64,000 nucleotides of DNA from Selaginella moellendorffii (Eukaryota > Plantae > Lycopodiophyta). The notes beneath the pieces were generated by a model, which had not been told where the DNA came from, ran no database searches, and saw only the letters and a program-made list of their open reading frames with translations. The stretch lies in the NCBI RefSeq assembly GCF_000143415.4, contig NW_003314309.1:1053199-1117198 (forward strand). The letters run 5' to 3'. Position numbers and translations under genes: made by a program. Shown here in pieces: positions 12,114-23,934 of the stretch. Position 1 is the first letter of the stretch. Each line of letters starts with the position of its first letter.

Positions 12114-14398
12114 GGAATCCCAATGCACGACACGACGACCAGTAAGTATATGTTGATAATCAAGGAGATTTAAGTGGAAGAAAGAGAGCATTTGTAAAAA
12201 TTGCCATGGATGGATCACGAGAAACTTTGAGCGATGGGAGGGCAGCGCAAGAGCTGATCCCCAAGCAAGTTATGATGCCAGAGTGGGGAGCTCGTGTTTC
12301 AGTGATTCCAATGCTCAATGCACATGAGAAAACAACATCAATTTGAAAACACGGATTTTTAAAAGACCATCTTCTGGAGTTGAGTGTTCTTGAGGCCAGA
12401 TTTGCTGCTGTGATATGTTACAGGATGACTTCAATGTACCCCCGTTTTAACTGCGATCTCGTAAGCCTCGAGCTTTGTAAACTTGGACTCCGAGCTTTGT
12501 CACTCATGTGTTCTTTCAAAAACTTTTTTTTCTTTCTCTTGGTTTCGATTCCCCCAAATGGTTGGAGTCATAAACAAAGTTTCCCAGGAATCCGATTTCA
12601 AGGAAGTTTGCTTGACATGAGGGAGCACGGATGAATCCAGAGGTATAAGTTATGTTTTCCCGGGAGAGCTTCTGTACTTGAGCCTTGTATAGCGTATTTA
12701 TTCGATCACGTGAGGTCATTGGGAATATATTATTGTCAAAGGAGGCTCCTACACAGAATGGCGCATGAACTTCTTCAGAAAGTTGGGGGATTTCGGGGAT
12801 TTTTTGCTTGGCACTCAAGGCGTTCTGTGAATCAAATCAAATCAATCACAGTCTGCTCTGCTCATCAGCACACGCAATGCATCAAAAAACTACATTAGAG
12901 CAAAAGATATTTGGTTTTGTTTCTGGAAGGAATTGCATATGTTTCGTCCTCCCCACAGAGCGACATGTGTTTGTAGTCTGGATCATATCAGATGTAGGCA
13001 TGCAAGCAACGCCAAAGATATTCCAGAGACAATATTGGTAAGTTTGTTTTGTAAGATAGAATAAGTTGATAATACCATAAGAAATAGAAAAAACTTTGAA
13101 AAAAGTGTACAAACAATGCCCAAAAACTGCTTTGCCCTCCTGTCAATCAGAAAATATATATATATATCTCCCATAGCTGCATTGCACGATGGAAAAAGGT
13201 GGCTGTAGGTTTTTGATTGAAGACCAACTATTCCCTTGTGCTCATGAAAAACAAATATTACAAAATGCAAATAAAATAAACTGAATAGTTTGTTGCTGGT
13301 CATGACTTTCATGTACACAGCTTTTTCTTCCTGTACAAATTGAGCTGGAGAATGATAGATAGAGAAATAGATAATGGAGTCCCTGCTGAGTTCCTGACCC
13401 TCTCCCAGGAAACTGTCCAGACCACTGCCACCAGTGCAGCCACAGCTGGTTGGAAAACAATGTTATCATAATACCATACTCCCTATAGCAAGTAGCATGT
13501 ACTTGTAGCATCAGCTCTAGCCCTGATCTTGGAGTAAAGGCCACTTTTCCTCTCCTCTGAGTTCACTTGTGATGCTGAACTTCATGTCAAGCCAGGCTTT
13601 GTGATGACAAAACACTCGTGAATGGAACTCATGTCATTCTCTAGGCTAACTCTGTATCCTGTTACCGCTTTGTATGTTACGCTCTTCCCTGGGATGATTC
13701 CTTTCATCGCGCGAAGTGCCACACAACATGTTACAGTCCTAGGGGTCGTGTACTTTCGCGAAAATAACGAAAGGCAGTGCCAGTCTAGCCAGCCAGCCAG
13801 CCAGCAGCAGCAGCAGCAGCGCCAGCCTCAAAAGAATGAGAAGACAAACAAAAGTTCAACATTTTGTTCTAGTCCTGAGTACAGGAATTGAAAGAGGTTG
13901 AGTGAGACAACAAACTGTTGAAACTTCATCACTTTCACCAAGGCAGCGGGAGGTTGCTGTATTATTGTATACATGTCTCTGTATAGAGGCTTCTCGTATA
14001 GCGATAGTATGCCATTTTACAGCTTCACAAACCCAAAGAGGTATTTTCATAAAATATAAAACTGAGATGTCCGATGTTCTGCATTCTGTCGTCATCTTGT
14101 CCAGTGCAATAAAAAACAAGCTTTAAAAATTAAAAGAAAAAAGAGAAGAAAATTGAAAAGAAGAAGAACCATGGGGCCAGCGCCACCTTTTTGTTTACAC
14201 TAAAGTTTTAAAGGAGATCTGTTATGTTAAATTACACACCCCAGCCATGCGTGGAATATGCCCCTGTTCGCCCTTTTGTTGCTTGCGAATAATTTCTTTG
14301 TTTGACTCTTTTGCGGGGCATGAGAGTGCGCTGTTTGGCATGACATTTCCTCAGCCCAGAATGAATTCCTTGTCATGGGCAGCAGCAGCCAGAAAAAG

Positions 14399-14424
14399 AG
14401 CAGCAGCAGCAGCAGCAGCAGCAG
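14399..14424. repeat. (CAG)n microsatellite upstream of EMS1 (another at ~13802-13820; ATTCC repeat at ~14470-14500)
   Basis: Direct simple repeats. Confidence 0.85.
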
Positions 14425-15032
14425 CGAATCTTGGTGAAATTCCTCGCACGAATCGATCGGTCCATCCATCCCATTCCATTCCATTCCATTCGGCATTCCA
14501 TTCTCCTAAAGCGATCTCTCGCCTCTCTCGTGTGGGTGCCATTTCTGCGTGACAGCGAGCTTGTAAAAAATCTCTTTGTTTTTTCTAGTTTGTGATGGGC
14601 TTGTTCTTCGTGACGCGCCCGCCGGGGGTGGTGTGTGAGGGGAATGGCGATGGTGTCTCGAGCAATGCAAGAAATGCGAGAGTCTTGGATCGCGCAAGGG
14701 AGAGAAAGTAGATCATTGTTTCGTGATCTTCAGGTTGGCGGGTGATACGCTCTTTGGATCCACCGTAACGGCGTGATTTCTATCCTTTTCTTTTTCACCC
14801 CTGGGATCTCTACTTCTCGATCAAGCTCTAGTTTTTTCTTTCTCCCCGCTTTCGATCGCGCGAGTAGCCGCCAAAGGAAGAACAGTTTGGCCGAAATCTT
14901 GTGGTTTGTCCTCCTTGGTACGTTAGAAACAGTCGCGGCGAGGAAAGAAAAGGAAAAGAATGGGCAAAGAAAGAATCGGCTGATCACACAGGAGGGAGGG
15001 AAGAGAAGAGAAGAGAATTCCAGCTCGCGACC

Positions 15033-18000
15033 ATGATCGCGAATTTCATCGCCATTCTTGTCACTGGGCTGTGGATTTCGACGAGCAGCGGGGCGAGCGT
15101 GAATCCTCTCCTGGATTTCCGAAGTGGGCTCACCAATTCCCAGGCTCTGGGCGACTGGATCATCGGTTCGTCGCCATGCGGCGCCAAGAAATGGACAGGG
15201 ATCTCGTGCGCGTCCACGGGGGCAATCGTGGCCATCTCGCTCAGCGGCCTGGAGCTGCAAGGCCCAATCTCCGCCGCCACCGCGCTGCTAGGGCTCCCGG
15301 TACTCGAGGAGCTCGATCTCAGCAACAACGCCCTCTCGGGCGAGATCCCTCCACAGCTCTGGCAGCTGCCCAAGATCAAGCGCCTGGATCTAAGCCACAA
15401 TCTCCTCCAAGGCGCCAGCTTTGATCGGTTCGTCTCTCCACCGCCCCAAAATCTCGAGGAGCTCAATCTCGCCTCGAATTCTCTCACGGGGAGGATCGAC
15501 CTATGCGCGCTGTTGGGTGGGCAGCTCAGGAAGCTCGATCTCTCCGCGAATTTCTTCTCGAGTCTAGACCAGCAGCCGTGCGCTGGGCAGGATCAGCGCC
15601 TAGAGGAGCTTGTTCTTGGCGGAAACAGCCTCTTCGGCCACATCCCTCCATCGATCTTCTCCCTAGCGGCGCTGCGGCAGCTGGATTTGAGCAGCAATCT
15701 CTTGTCCGGCACCATCCCAGCGTCCAATCTCTCGCGCTCGCTCCAGATCCTCGACCTCGCCAACAATTCCCTCACTGGCGAGATCCCGCCCAGCATCGGT
15801 GATCTCTCCAACCTCACCGAGCTCTCTCTCGGCCTCAACTCTGCGCTGCTCGGTTCCATCCCGCCCTCCATCGGGAAACTCTCCAAGCTCGAGATCCTCT
15901 ACGCCGCCAACTGCAAGCTCACAGGTCCCATCCCTCGTTCCCTCCCGCCATCGCTCCGCAAGCTCGATCTCTCCAACAATCCCCTCCAATCGCCCATCCC
16001 GGATTCCATCGGTGATCTCTCCCGGATCCAATCCATCAGCATTGCGTCCGCGCAGCTCAATGGATCCATCCCGGCGTCGCTCGGGCGGTGCTCCAGCCTC
16101 GAGCTCCTCAATCTGGCCTTCAATCAGCTCTCCGGGCCTCTCCCTGACGATCTCGCGGCGCTGGAAAAGATCATCACGTTCTCGGTGGTGGGGAATTCGC
16201 TCTCGGGACCAATCCCGCGCTGGATCGGGCAGTGGCAGCTCGCGGACTCCATACTGCTCTCCACGAACTCGTTCTCGGGCAGTATACCGCCGGAGCTCGG
16301 GCAGTGCCGTGCGGTAACAGACCTGGGCCTGGATAACAACCAGCTCACCGGCAGCATACCGCCCGAGCTGTGCGACGCAGGTCTCCTCTCTCAGTTGACC
16401 CTTGACCACAACACGTTGACCGGGTCCCTGGCAGGCGGTACGCTGCGGCGGTGCGGCAATCTCACGCAGCTCGACGTCACCGGCAACCGGCTCACGGGTG
16501 AAATCCCGCGGTACTTCTCGGATCTCCCCAAGCTCGTGATCTTGGACATCAGCACGAATTTCTTCGTGGGATCCATCCCCGACGAGCTGTGGCACGCGAC
16601 GCAGCTCATGGAGATCTACGCGAGCGACAATCTTCTCGAGGGCGGGCTGAGCCCGCTGGTGGGAGGGATGGAGAATTTGCAGCACTTGTACCTGGATCGC
16701 AACCGGCTCAGCGGTCCGCTGCCCAGCGAGCTCGGACTTCTCAAGAGCTTGACGGTGCTCTCTCTGGCTGGGAATGCATTCGATGGGGTGATTCCACGAG
16801 AGATCTTTGGTGGTACCACTGGGTTGACGACGCTGGATCTCGGTGGCAATCGCCTTGGCGGTGCCATACCGCCCGAGATCGGTAAGCTGGTCGGGCTGGA
16901 TTGCCTGGTTCTCTCACACAACCGGCTCTCGGGGCAAATTCCAGCCGAGGTGGCGAGCTTGTTTCAGATCGCAGTGCCGCCCGAGTCGGGCTTCGTCCAG
17001 CATCACGGGGTTTTGGATCTGTCACACAACTCGCTCACGGGTCCCATTCCTTCCGGGATCGGCCAGTGCTCGGTGCTCGTGGAGCTCGATCTCTCCAACA
17101 ATTTGCTCCAGGGGAGGATACCGCCCGAGATATCTTTGCTCGCCAACCTCACCACCTTGGATCTTTCGAGCAACATGCTCCAGGGGAGGATTCCCTGGCA
17201 GCTCGGAGAGAACTCCAAGCTCCAGGGGCTCAACCTCGGGTTTAACAGGTTGACGGGGCAAATACCACCCGAGCTGGGCAACTTGGAGAGGCTGGTCAAG
17301 CTCAACATCTCGGGCAATGCTCTCACGGGATCCATCCCGGATCATCTCGGGCAGCTCTTAGGATTGAGTCACCTCGACGCCAGTGGCAATGGGCTCACTG
17401 GATCGCTCCCGGATTCCTTCTCCGGATTGGTTTCCATCGTGGGCCTGTTCCTCCAGAAGAACTCTCTCAGCGGGAGCATCGATCGGCTGCTTAGAAACAG
17501 CTTCCAGTGGCATCAGGCGCAGGCTCTCAATCTCAGCTACAATGCCCTGACCGGGGATCTCCCGAGAAGCATTGGAAACTTGACGGGTCTCTCGTTCCTC
17601 GACTTGAGCAAGAACTCGTTGACTGGCGAGATTCCAAGCGAGATTGGAGGCATCTTGCAGCTGAGCTACCTGGATCTGTCTGTGAACAAGCTCGTCGGGG
17701 GTATACCGGGTAGTCTCTGCGAGTTGACCGAGCTCGGCTTCTTCAACGTCTCGGACAATGGGTTGACGGGTGATATACCCCAGGAGGGCATATGCAAGAA
17801 CTTCTCGCGGCTCTCGTATGGTGGCAATCTAGGGCTGTGTGGATTGGCGGTGGGAGTGAGCTGTGGAGCGCTTGATGATCTTCGCGGCAATGGCGGCCAG
17901 CCCGTGCTTCTCAAACCGGGTGCCATTTGGGCGATCACCATGGCCAGCACGGTTGCGTTTTTTTGCATCGTGTTTGTGGCGATCCGGTGGAGGATGATGC

Positions 18001-19172
18001 GGCAGCAGTCGGAAGCGCTGCTGGGCGAGAAGATCAAGCTCAACAGCGGCAACCACAACAACAACAACAGCCATGGATCGACGTCGAGCTCGTCGCCATT
18101 CTCGTCCGATCGCGGCGGCTCAAGCTCCTCCAGCGGATTGAGCTGCCTCAAGAGCGTGATATCGGGTACCGCGGCCAGCACCCGGATGATCACGAGCTCG
18201 GACGGCACTAACACCGATGTGTCCCGGGAGCCACTGAGCATCAACGTCGCCATGTTTGAGAGACCGCTGCTCAAGCTCACGCTGTCCGACATCGTGACCG
18301 CGACCAACGGCTTCTCAAAGGCCAACGTGATCGGGGACGGCGGGTACGGCACGGTGTACCGCGCGGTACTGCCCGACGGCCGCACGGTGGCGGTCAAGAA
18401 GCTGGCGCCGGTCCGGGACTACCGCGCGGTAAGCAGCGGTAGCAGCTGCCGCGAGTTCCTGGCCGAGATGGAGACGCTGGGTAAGGTAAAGCACCGTAAC
18501 TTGGTAACTCTGCTGGGTTACTGCTCGTACGGCGAGGAGCGGCTGCTGGTGTACGACTACATGGTCAACGGGAGCCTTGACGTGTGGCTCCGGAATCGAA
18601 CCGACGCGCTGGAGGCCCTGACGTGGGACCGCCGGCTGCGCATCGCGGTGGGCGCGGCGCGTGGCCTGGCGTTTCTCCACCATGGGATCGTGCCACATGT
18701 CATCCATCGCGATGTCAAGGCGAGCAACATTCTCCTGGACGCCGACTTCGAGCCACGTGTCGCGGACTTTGGGCTGGCGCGGCTGATCTCGGCGTACGAC
18801 ACGCACGTCAGCACGGACATCGCCGGGACTTTCGGGTATATCCCGCCCGAGTACGGTATGACGTGGCGTGCTACGTCAAAGGGTGACGTCTACAGCTATG
18901 GCGTCATCTTGCTGGAGCTGGTGACGGGGAAGGAGCCGACTGGGCCGGACTTCAAGGACACTGAGATTGGTAACTTGGTGGGCTGGGTGAGGTCCATGGT
19001 ACGGCAGGGTAAAAGTGACGAGGTACTCGACGTGGCGGTGGCTACGCGAGCCACGTGGAGGTCCTGCATGCACCAGGTCCTCCACATTGCGATGGTGTGT
19101 ACGGCGGATGAGCCCATGAAGCGCCCGCCCATGATGGAAGTTGTACGTCAGCTCAAGGAGTTAGAGCTATAG
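15033..19172 (+). CDS. EMS1: LRR receptor kinase of the EMS1/EXS clade (LRR-X), intronless, 1379 aa
   Basis: Signal peptide from ATG 15033; long LRR array; EMS1-type island FQIAVPPESGFVQHHGVLDLS; TM; EPLSINVAMFERPLLKLTL; complete RD kinase (GDGGYG, AVKK, HRDVKASN, DFG, GTFGYIPPEY). Confidence 0.92.
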   Translation: MIANFIAILVTGLWISTSSGASVNPLLDFRSGLTNSQALGDWIIGSSPCGAKKWTGISCASTGAIVAISLSGLELQGPISAATALLGLPVLEELDLSNNALSGEIPPQLWQLPKIKRLDLSHNLLQGASFDRFVSPPPQNLEELNLASNSLTGRIDLCALLGGQLRKLDLSANFFSSLDQQPCAGQDQRLEELVLGGNSLFGHIPPSIFSLAALRQLDLSSNLLSGTIPASNLSRSLQILDLANNSLTGEIPPSIGDLSNLTELSLGLNSALLGSIPPSIGKLSKLEILYAANCKLTGPIPRSLPPSLRKLDLSNNPLQSPIPDSIGDLSRIQSISIASAQLNGSIPASLGRCSSLELLNLAFNQLSGPLPDDLAALEKIITFSVVGNSLSGPIPRWIGQWQLADSILLSTNSFSGSIPPELGQCRAVTDLGLDNNQLTGSIPPELCDAGLLSQLTLDHNTLTGSLAGGTLRRCGNLTQLDVTGNRLTGEIPRYFSDLPKLVILDISTNFFVGSIPDELWHATQLMEIYASDNLLEGGLSPLVGGMENLQHLYLDRNRLSGPLPSELGLLKSLTVLSLAGNAFDGVIPREIFGGTTGLTTLDLGGNRLGGAIPPEIGKLVGLDCLVLSHNRLSGQIPAEVASLFQIAVPPESGFVQHHGVLDLSHNSLTGPIPSGIGQCSVLVELDLSNNLLQGRIPPEISLLANLTTLDLSSNMLQGRIPWQLGENSKLQGLNLGFNRLTGQIPPELGNLERLVKLNISGNALTGSIPDHLGQLLGLSHLDASGNGLTGSLPDSFSGLVSIVGLFLQKNSLSGSIDRLLRNSFQWHQAQALNLSYNALTGDLPRSIGNLTGLSFLDLSKNSLTGEIPSEIGGILQLSYLDLSVNKLVGGIPGSLCELTELGFFNVSDNGLTGDIPQEGICKNFSRLSYGGNLGLCGLAVGVSCGALDDLRGNGGQPVLLKPGAIWAITMASTVAFFCIVFVAIRWRMMRQQSEALLGEKIKLNSGNHNNNNSHGSTSSSSPFSSDRGGSSSSSGLSCLKSVISGTAASTRMITSSDGTNTDVSREPLSINVAMFERPLLKLTLSDIVTATNGFSKANVIGDGGYGTVYRAVLPDGRTVAVKKLAPVRDYRAVSSGSSCREFLAEMETLGKVKHRNLVTLLGYCSYGEERLLVYDYMVNGSLDVWLRNRTDALEALTWDRRLRIAVGAARGLAFLHHGIVPHVIHRDVKASNILLDADFEPRVADFGLARLISAYDTHVSTDIAGTFGYIPPEYGMTWRATSKGDVYSYGVILLELVTGKEPTGPDFKDTEIGNLVGWVRSMVRQGKSDEVLDVAVATRATWRSCMHQVLHIAMVCTADEPMKRPPMMEVVRQLKELEL

Positions 19173-19257
19173 TGAATGTAACAATGGTAACGTTAATCTT
19201 TTGTAAGTCCAGTTTATATCAAAATGGTTAAAACAGGATTTTAGGGTTCTTGCGAGA

Positions 19258-20525
19258 ATGGAGGCGCTCAAGGCGTATGTCAAGGGCCCGGCCTCGCTCC
19301 AAGGCGATAGTAGCGGCGTCTCCACGGCGCTCGTCACTGTCTCGCATTCTAATCTCAAGAACTACTCCAACGAGCTGCGCCTGGATCTACATGTAAGTCG
19401 CGCGCGAATGGATTGATGTTTGATCCCTGGCAAAATATTTTTCTAGAGCACTGTGGAATCCCTAAAAGAGAGGCTTGGGCGACAATGTGGGACATCGCCG
19501 AGCTACATGCTGCTCCAGCTCTTCGATGGAGACAACCACAAAGTCTGTGACATGGCCGAGGGATTTCGCCCAGTTGGATTCTATTCTCCTCACGACGGGT
19601 AAGATGATCTTAGCGTGATTTCTTTTCATTCTTTTTTCCTTTCTTGCTCATGAAACGTATCAGGTTTTTGTAAGGTATCGCGTCCACATTGTCGATTTGG
19701 ATCCCGGCTCTGTTACTGCTGGTGGGTGGCTGGAAGATGTCTCGAGAGTGGAAAAGTTCACGATCTCGGACGATGCGTACAACAAACGCGATGGTATGTG
19801 TTTCCCGCATCTCGCATTTCCTTTGTGACTTATCAAGTTTTCTATCCTCTTATCTATCCTTGACAGATACTTTCAGGAAGTTTAAAGAGAAAAAGCTCGC
19901 GGAAGGTGCTTCACGGTCTGCTGCTACTGCGCAACAAGAGGTTCATCTTTGCGACGTTCCTTCTCTTTGTTTTTTTCCTTAAAAATCGTGACGTGCCCAG
20001 ATAACGGATGATTTTATGGCCGATCTAGCCGCAAGCATCAAAGTGAGTGAGACCCTTGTCGTTTCTCCGGTTTAAATGCTTCCCTGCCAGGATGCTAAAA
20101 TGGGGTACAGGTTGGTGATCGATGCGAGATTGTTGCGGGCCAAAAGAGAGGCGAGGTGATGTACGTTGGTAGAGTGGAGGGCCTTCCCGCTGGGTTTTGG
20201 ATTGGAATTCAATGCGATGAACCAGTTGGCAAGCACGATGGCATGTAAGTATGCGAGGTTTTTTCCTCGCCTAGCTCTCCTGTTCTTGGTTTTAAGAGAT
20301 GTCACGATCTCTTTCTTTATTTCTTTTTCTTTGCAGGGTGAAAGGCAAGCGCTACTTCACTTGTCCAAACGGTCACGGTGTCATGCTTCGACCGGACAAG
20401 CTTAAGGTGAGCTGCGCTTTGCTTATCTTGGCGTGAAGCTGGGACCGTTATCTAATGAAATTCCTTCCCAGGTGGGAGACTATCCCGAGATTGATCCGTT
20501 TGAAGCCGAGCTTGACGAAATTTAA
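19258..20525 (+). CDS. TFCB: Tubulin-folding cofactor B (ubiquitin-like + CAP-Gly); 8 exons
   Basis: VSHSNLK, LKERL..CGT, GFYSPHDG|YRVHIVDLDP, GGWLEDVS.VEK..ISDDAY, VGDRCEI..KRGEV.YVG, GFWIGI..DEPVGKHDG|VKGKRYF.CP, VGDYPE.DPFE..DEI*. Confidence 0.93.
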
Positions 20526-20577
20526 GCAAGTTTTCTATCTTTCGAAAAACAAATACCAAAAAGTTTGTACGTCTCGC

Positions 20578-21969
20578 TCAAGGAAACAGAGGTTGCTGCA
20601 ACAGTCCGGTACTCTCTGGAAAGCCCATCATAAGATTGAGGTTTTGCACAGCTTGGCCAGACGCGCCTTTGACGAGATTATCAATCTGCCAAGAGAAAAG
20701 GAAAGTGTTTTTTCTTCCATTCCACGTAGATGTGTTTGGACTTACCACAGAGATGATGATAGCTCTTGCAGAGATCCTGTCTTCAAAGACATTGATGAAG
20801 CAGTAGTTTGATCCTCGAGCGTGGCGAGTGTGTGGGACGATTCCCTCGCCGAGAACTTTGACAAACTCCTCGCTCTGGTATGTTTCCACCAGGTGCTTTC
20901 GCAAATCTCTGGCGCTCACGCCAGCTTTTAGCTTCACATAAATGGTCGATTGCATGCCTCGGCTCTGTTGCATTGAAACCGCGACGATAACATAAGAGGA
21001 AGGAGACGTAAGTTTCTTTACCATTGGCATCAAATGTGGTGTGAAGCTGACTTTGAGCTTGGAGCCAGCTGCTTGTGCCAGGCCCTGCTCGATCTCTGGC
21101 ACTGCAAAACAAATCAAAACGTGAGCTTTTCTTACGTGAAACGAGGAACGTGGCTTTTTACCATGGCGGTGCCTGGTGACACCGTAAGCGTGCAGGCCTT
21201 CTGCGACTTCTGTGTAGAGATTTGCTTCCTTCGCAGAGCGGCCTGGGTGAAAAAGAAAGATATTTTACTCGTGAAGAAGCTTAAAAATATTTACCTGCGC
21301 CGCTCACTCCAGATTTTGCATCGATGATGATATCGTCTGGTTCTATAAGTTGGCTCTGTGTGGAAAGTTACGTAGTTTTGAGTGATTTTTGAAAGTGAGT
21401 ACCTTGAGGAGTGGGACGAGAGGAATTTGCACAGATGTTGGATAGCAACCTGGATTTGCAACCAAGCGGGCTTGTTTGATTTCTTCTCGGTGGATTTCCG
21501 TTAGCCCGTAGACTGCTGTTTCCTAGAATAAAAGGAAAAAAAAAAAGAAAAAAACGAAAAAGATCGTGAAACTTGATGCCGATTCAAAGTGGGATTTTAC
21601 TTGCAATTCTGGAGCGCGATGCGGGCCGCCATACCACTCCTCGTATTCTTTTATGTCTGCCAAGCGAAAGTCCTACACAGACAGACACACGGAAAACTTC
21701 AGAGATGTTTTCTTCTTTAGTTTTTCTTGGATGACTTACAGCCGAGAGATCGACGACTTTCAATCTCTTGGGAAGAGCTGCGATGATTTCCTGTTTTCTT
21801 GGAGGAACAAAATCATTAAAAGTTCTCTAACAAAAGTGGCAAACTTTACCTGAGTTGTTCCATGCGGGAGGCAGCAGAAAACGGCCTCGACGTCGGAGAA
21901 ATTCGCGTCTTTCACGGCCACCATATCAGGCAAGCTCTGAAAGAAAGAATTAAAGAAAAAAAACAACAA

Positions 21970-22013
<44 letters not shown>

Positions 22014-22490
22014 TTGCGATGGCTCTCACCTGAGAGATAACCAAGTGCGGGAAAACCGTAGCGAGCGATTGACCCGCCTTGCGATCCGCGGTCATGAGCT
22101 TCACATTGAAAAAAGGATGCGTTGCCAACAATCGTATCACCTATGATCCCGAGAACAACCAAAGTTTCTTCAACCAAAAGCAAAAGAAAGAAAAAACCAT
22201 ACCTCTGATCCAGTGTAGCCACTCGCTCCAAGCACTCCCACCGGAATCCTCTCTTCTCCCTGCCGCTGCTTCAGTCCAGACGGATCAATCTCCTCCTTGA
22301 CCTTGGTCACCGATGCTCTGATCGCCGAGAACTTGGAGTGGCAGGAGTCACTAGGTTTCGCGCTCCAGGCCTGTGGAATTCAGCAAACGCATGATCAATG
22401 AGAATGTGGAAGAGGTAAGGCCTCAACCTCGCGTGGCGATGGAACTAGAGAGCCGGCGCCAAAGGATCGTGTCACAAATCCAGCCGCCAT
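20578..22490 (-). CDS. argC: N-acetyl-gamma-glutamyl-phosphate reductase, plastid; multi-exon
   Basis: Transit-like N-terminus from ATG 22490; [77 protein letters not shown]. Confidence 0.95.
21973..22009. repeat. (AG)n microsatellite in an argC intron (second run at 22508-22534 just upstream of the ATG)
   Basis: Direct dinucleotide runs. Confidence 0.9.
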
Positions 22491-22504
22491 AGCCACGAAG
22501 AACT

Positions 22505-22535
<31 letters not shown>

Positions 22536-22675
22536 ACCACGTTTATCACAACGTCAGCTCTTATTAAACCAAAAAGGAAAGAAAACGAAGCAATGGTTGC
22601 AAACCACGCTCGATTTTTCTCTTCTTTTACCACGCCTATATTGTAAATAATAGAATGCATGGCGAGTTCTTCGTC

Positions 22676-23734
22676 TTACGCTCCGGCTCTCGGTCTGGAT
22701 CCACACAGGCGCTTTCGGATCTGTTGCAAAATCTCGTTAGATAGATTTTCCATCGGAAAGGAGAAACTCTTTGCTTACTTCTGGGAGGTTTTGCTTGTGA
22801 ACGATTTCGAGGCGAGAGTCCAGAGTGTTGTCACACACGATCTTGCCGTCCTTGGTTGCGAGAACTATCCCTCCGGCGCTGCAAAGACATGGAAGTTATT
22901 CTTGATCCTTTGGAAGAAATGAAAGAGATGGATCTACCAGGAGAGGCCGTCGGCTTGGCGAGAGGGGAGGAACTTTCGATTGTCCACCATGACTTCCGAG
23001 AGCTGCAGCTTGGTCTTGGACGTGTACTCGTCTTTCGCGGAGTCGACGACAGACTCGACGAGATGACGGTCGGATTCTCGGCAGCGAATTTGCACGGCAG
23101 GCTCCTTCAATCTTATCAGGGCCTGAGTTGAAAGGAAAGAAACGAGAAAAGCTCTTTGCTACTGATCGACAAACTGGGAAGACTTACCTGGACGATGAGG
23201 TCTTTGAGAAGCTGCTTATAAGCTCCTTGGTTGTTTGATGTGTTTTGGAGCTGCTTCATGGCAGCGTCCTTCATCTCACGGACGAGATCGTCCTGCGCTT
23301 GCAGGATTTTCAAGCGCGACGCATTGAGCTGCGTGGAGTACTCGCTACAAAACAGCGAAAATCAAGCTTTTAAGCTGTCCGAAAGGAGGATAACGAGACA
23401 AAAAGCGAAGACAAAGAAGGATGGAACTCACATCTTTCGACGAACCTCGATTTGTTTCTCCTTGCGCTCGTATTCTTGGCGGACTTTCTTCTTCTCGGCC
23501 TCCACGATTTGCAGCTTCTCAATGTTAAACTCCTGGAAATCCAATGTCAGCTCCACCGAAGGAAAGAACCCATCCATCCATCTATCAATTTATTCCAAGT
23601 CTACAAAGAAGAGGAGGAGAAGAAAACCTTACCTCTTCTGCGGAGACCGAGATCTCGTTGGCTTTCTCCTCGGCTTCCTGGCGGATGAATCTCACCATCT
23701 GCGCGACCTGCTTGGCGACCTCGGCATCGTTCAT
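22676..23734 (-). CDS. VHA-E: Vacuolar H+-ATPase subunit E; 6 exons
   Basis: MNDAEVAKQVAQMVRFIRQEAEEKANEISVSAEE|EFNIEKLQ..|EYSTQLNASRLKILQAQDD..|ALIRLKEP..RCRE..|CAGGIVL..DGKIVCDNTLD.RL..|IRKRL; TAA at 22678-22676. Confidence 0.95.
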
Positions 23735-23934
23735 CGTGGACGGCGCACCCGGGGATTTCGATCAGATCCAAGCGCCTTGGGACTGGAATCGCGAGAAGAG
23801 AGCAATCCAGCAATCCATTCCAATCCAATCCAATCCTAGCGTCTTACCTGCAGTGCTCCTCCTCTTTCTCCCTGCTGAGGCAATAAATTAGGGTTCTTGG
23901 TAAGAAATATCTTTGCTCATTGCAAGCTCTCTCC

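Noticed and set aside
12300-14200. Short ORFs, and an 11-nt match to miR408 (CTCTTCCCTGG, ~13682)
   Set aside because: No recognisable protein motifs, no consistent splice chain, no full miRNA match or hairpin; treated as intergenic sequence upstream of EMS1.
14901-15032. 44-aa N-terminal extension of the EMS1 ORF
   Set aside because: It begins at a non-ATG codon and is highly charged; ATG 15033 gives a proper signal peptide.
14984-19132. Many overlapping alternative-frame and antisense ORFs (up to 340 aa)
   Set aside because: Shadows of the GC-rich intronless EMS1 coding sequence.
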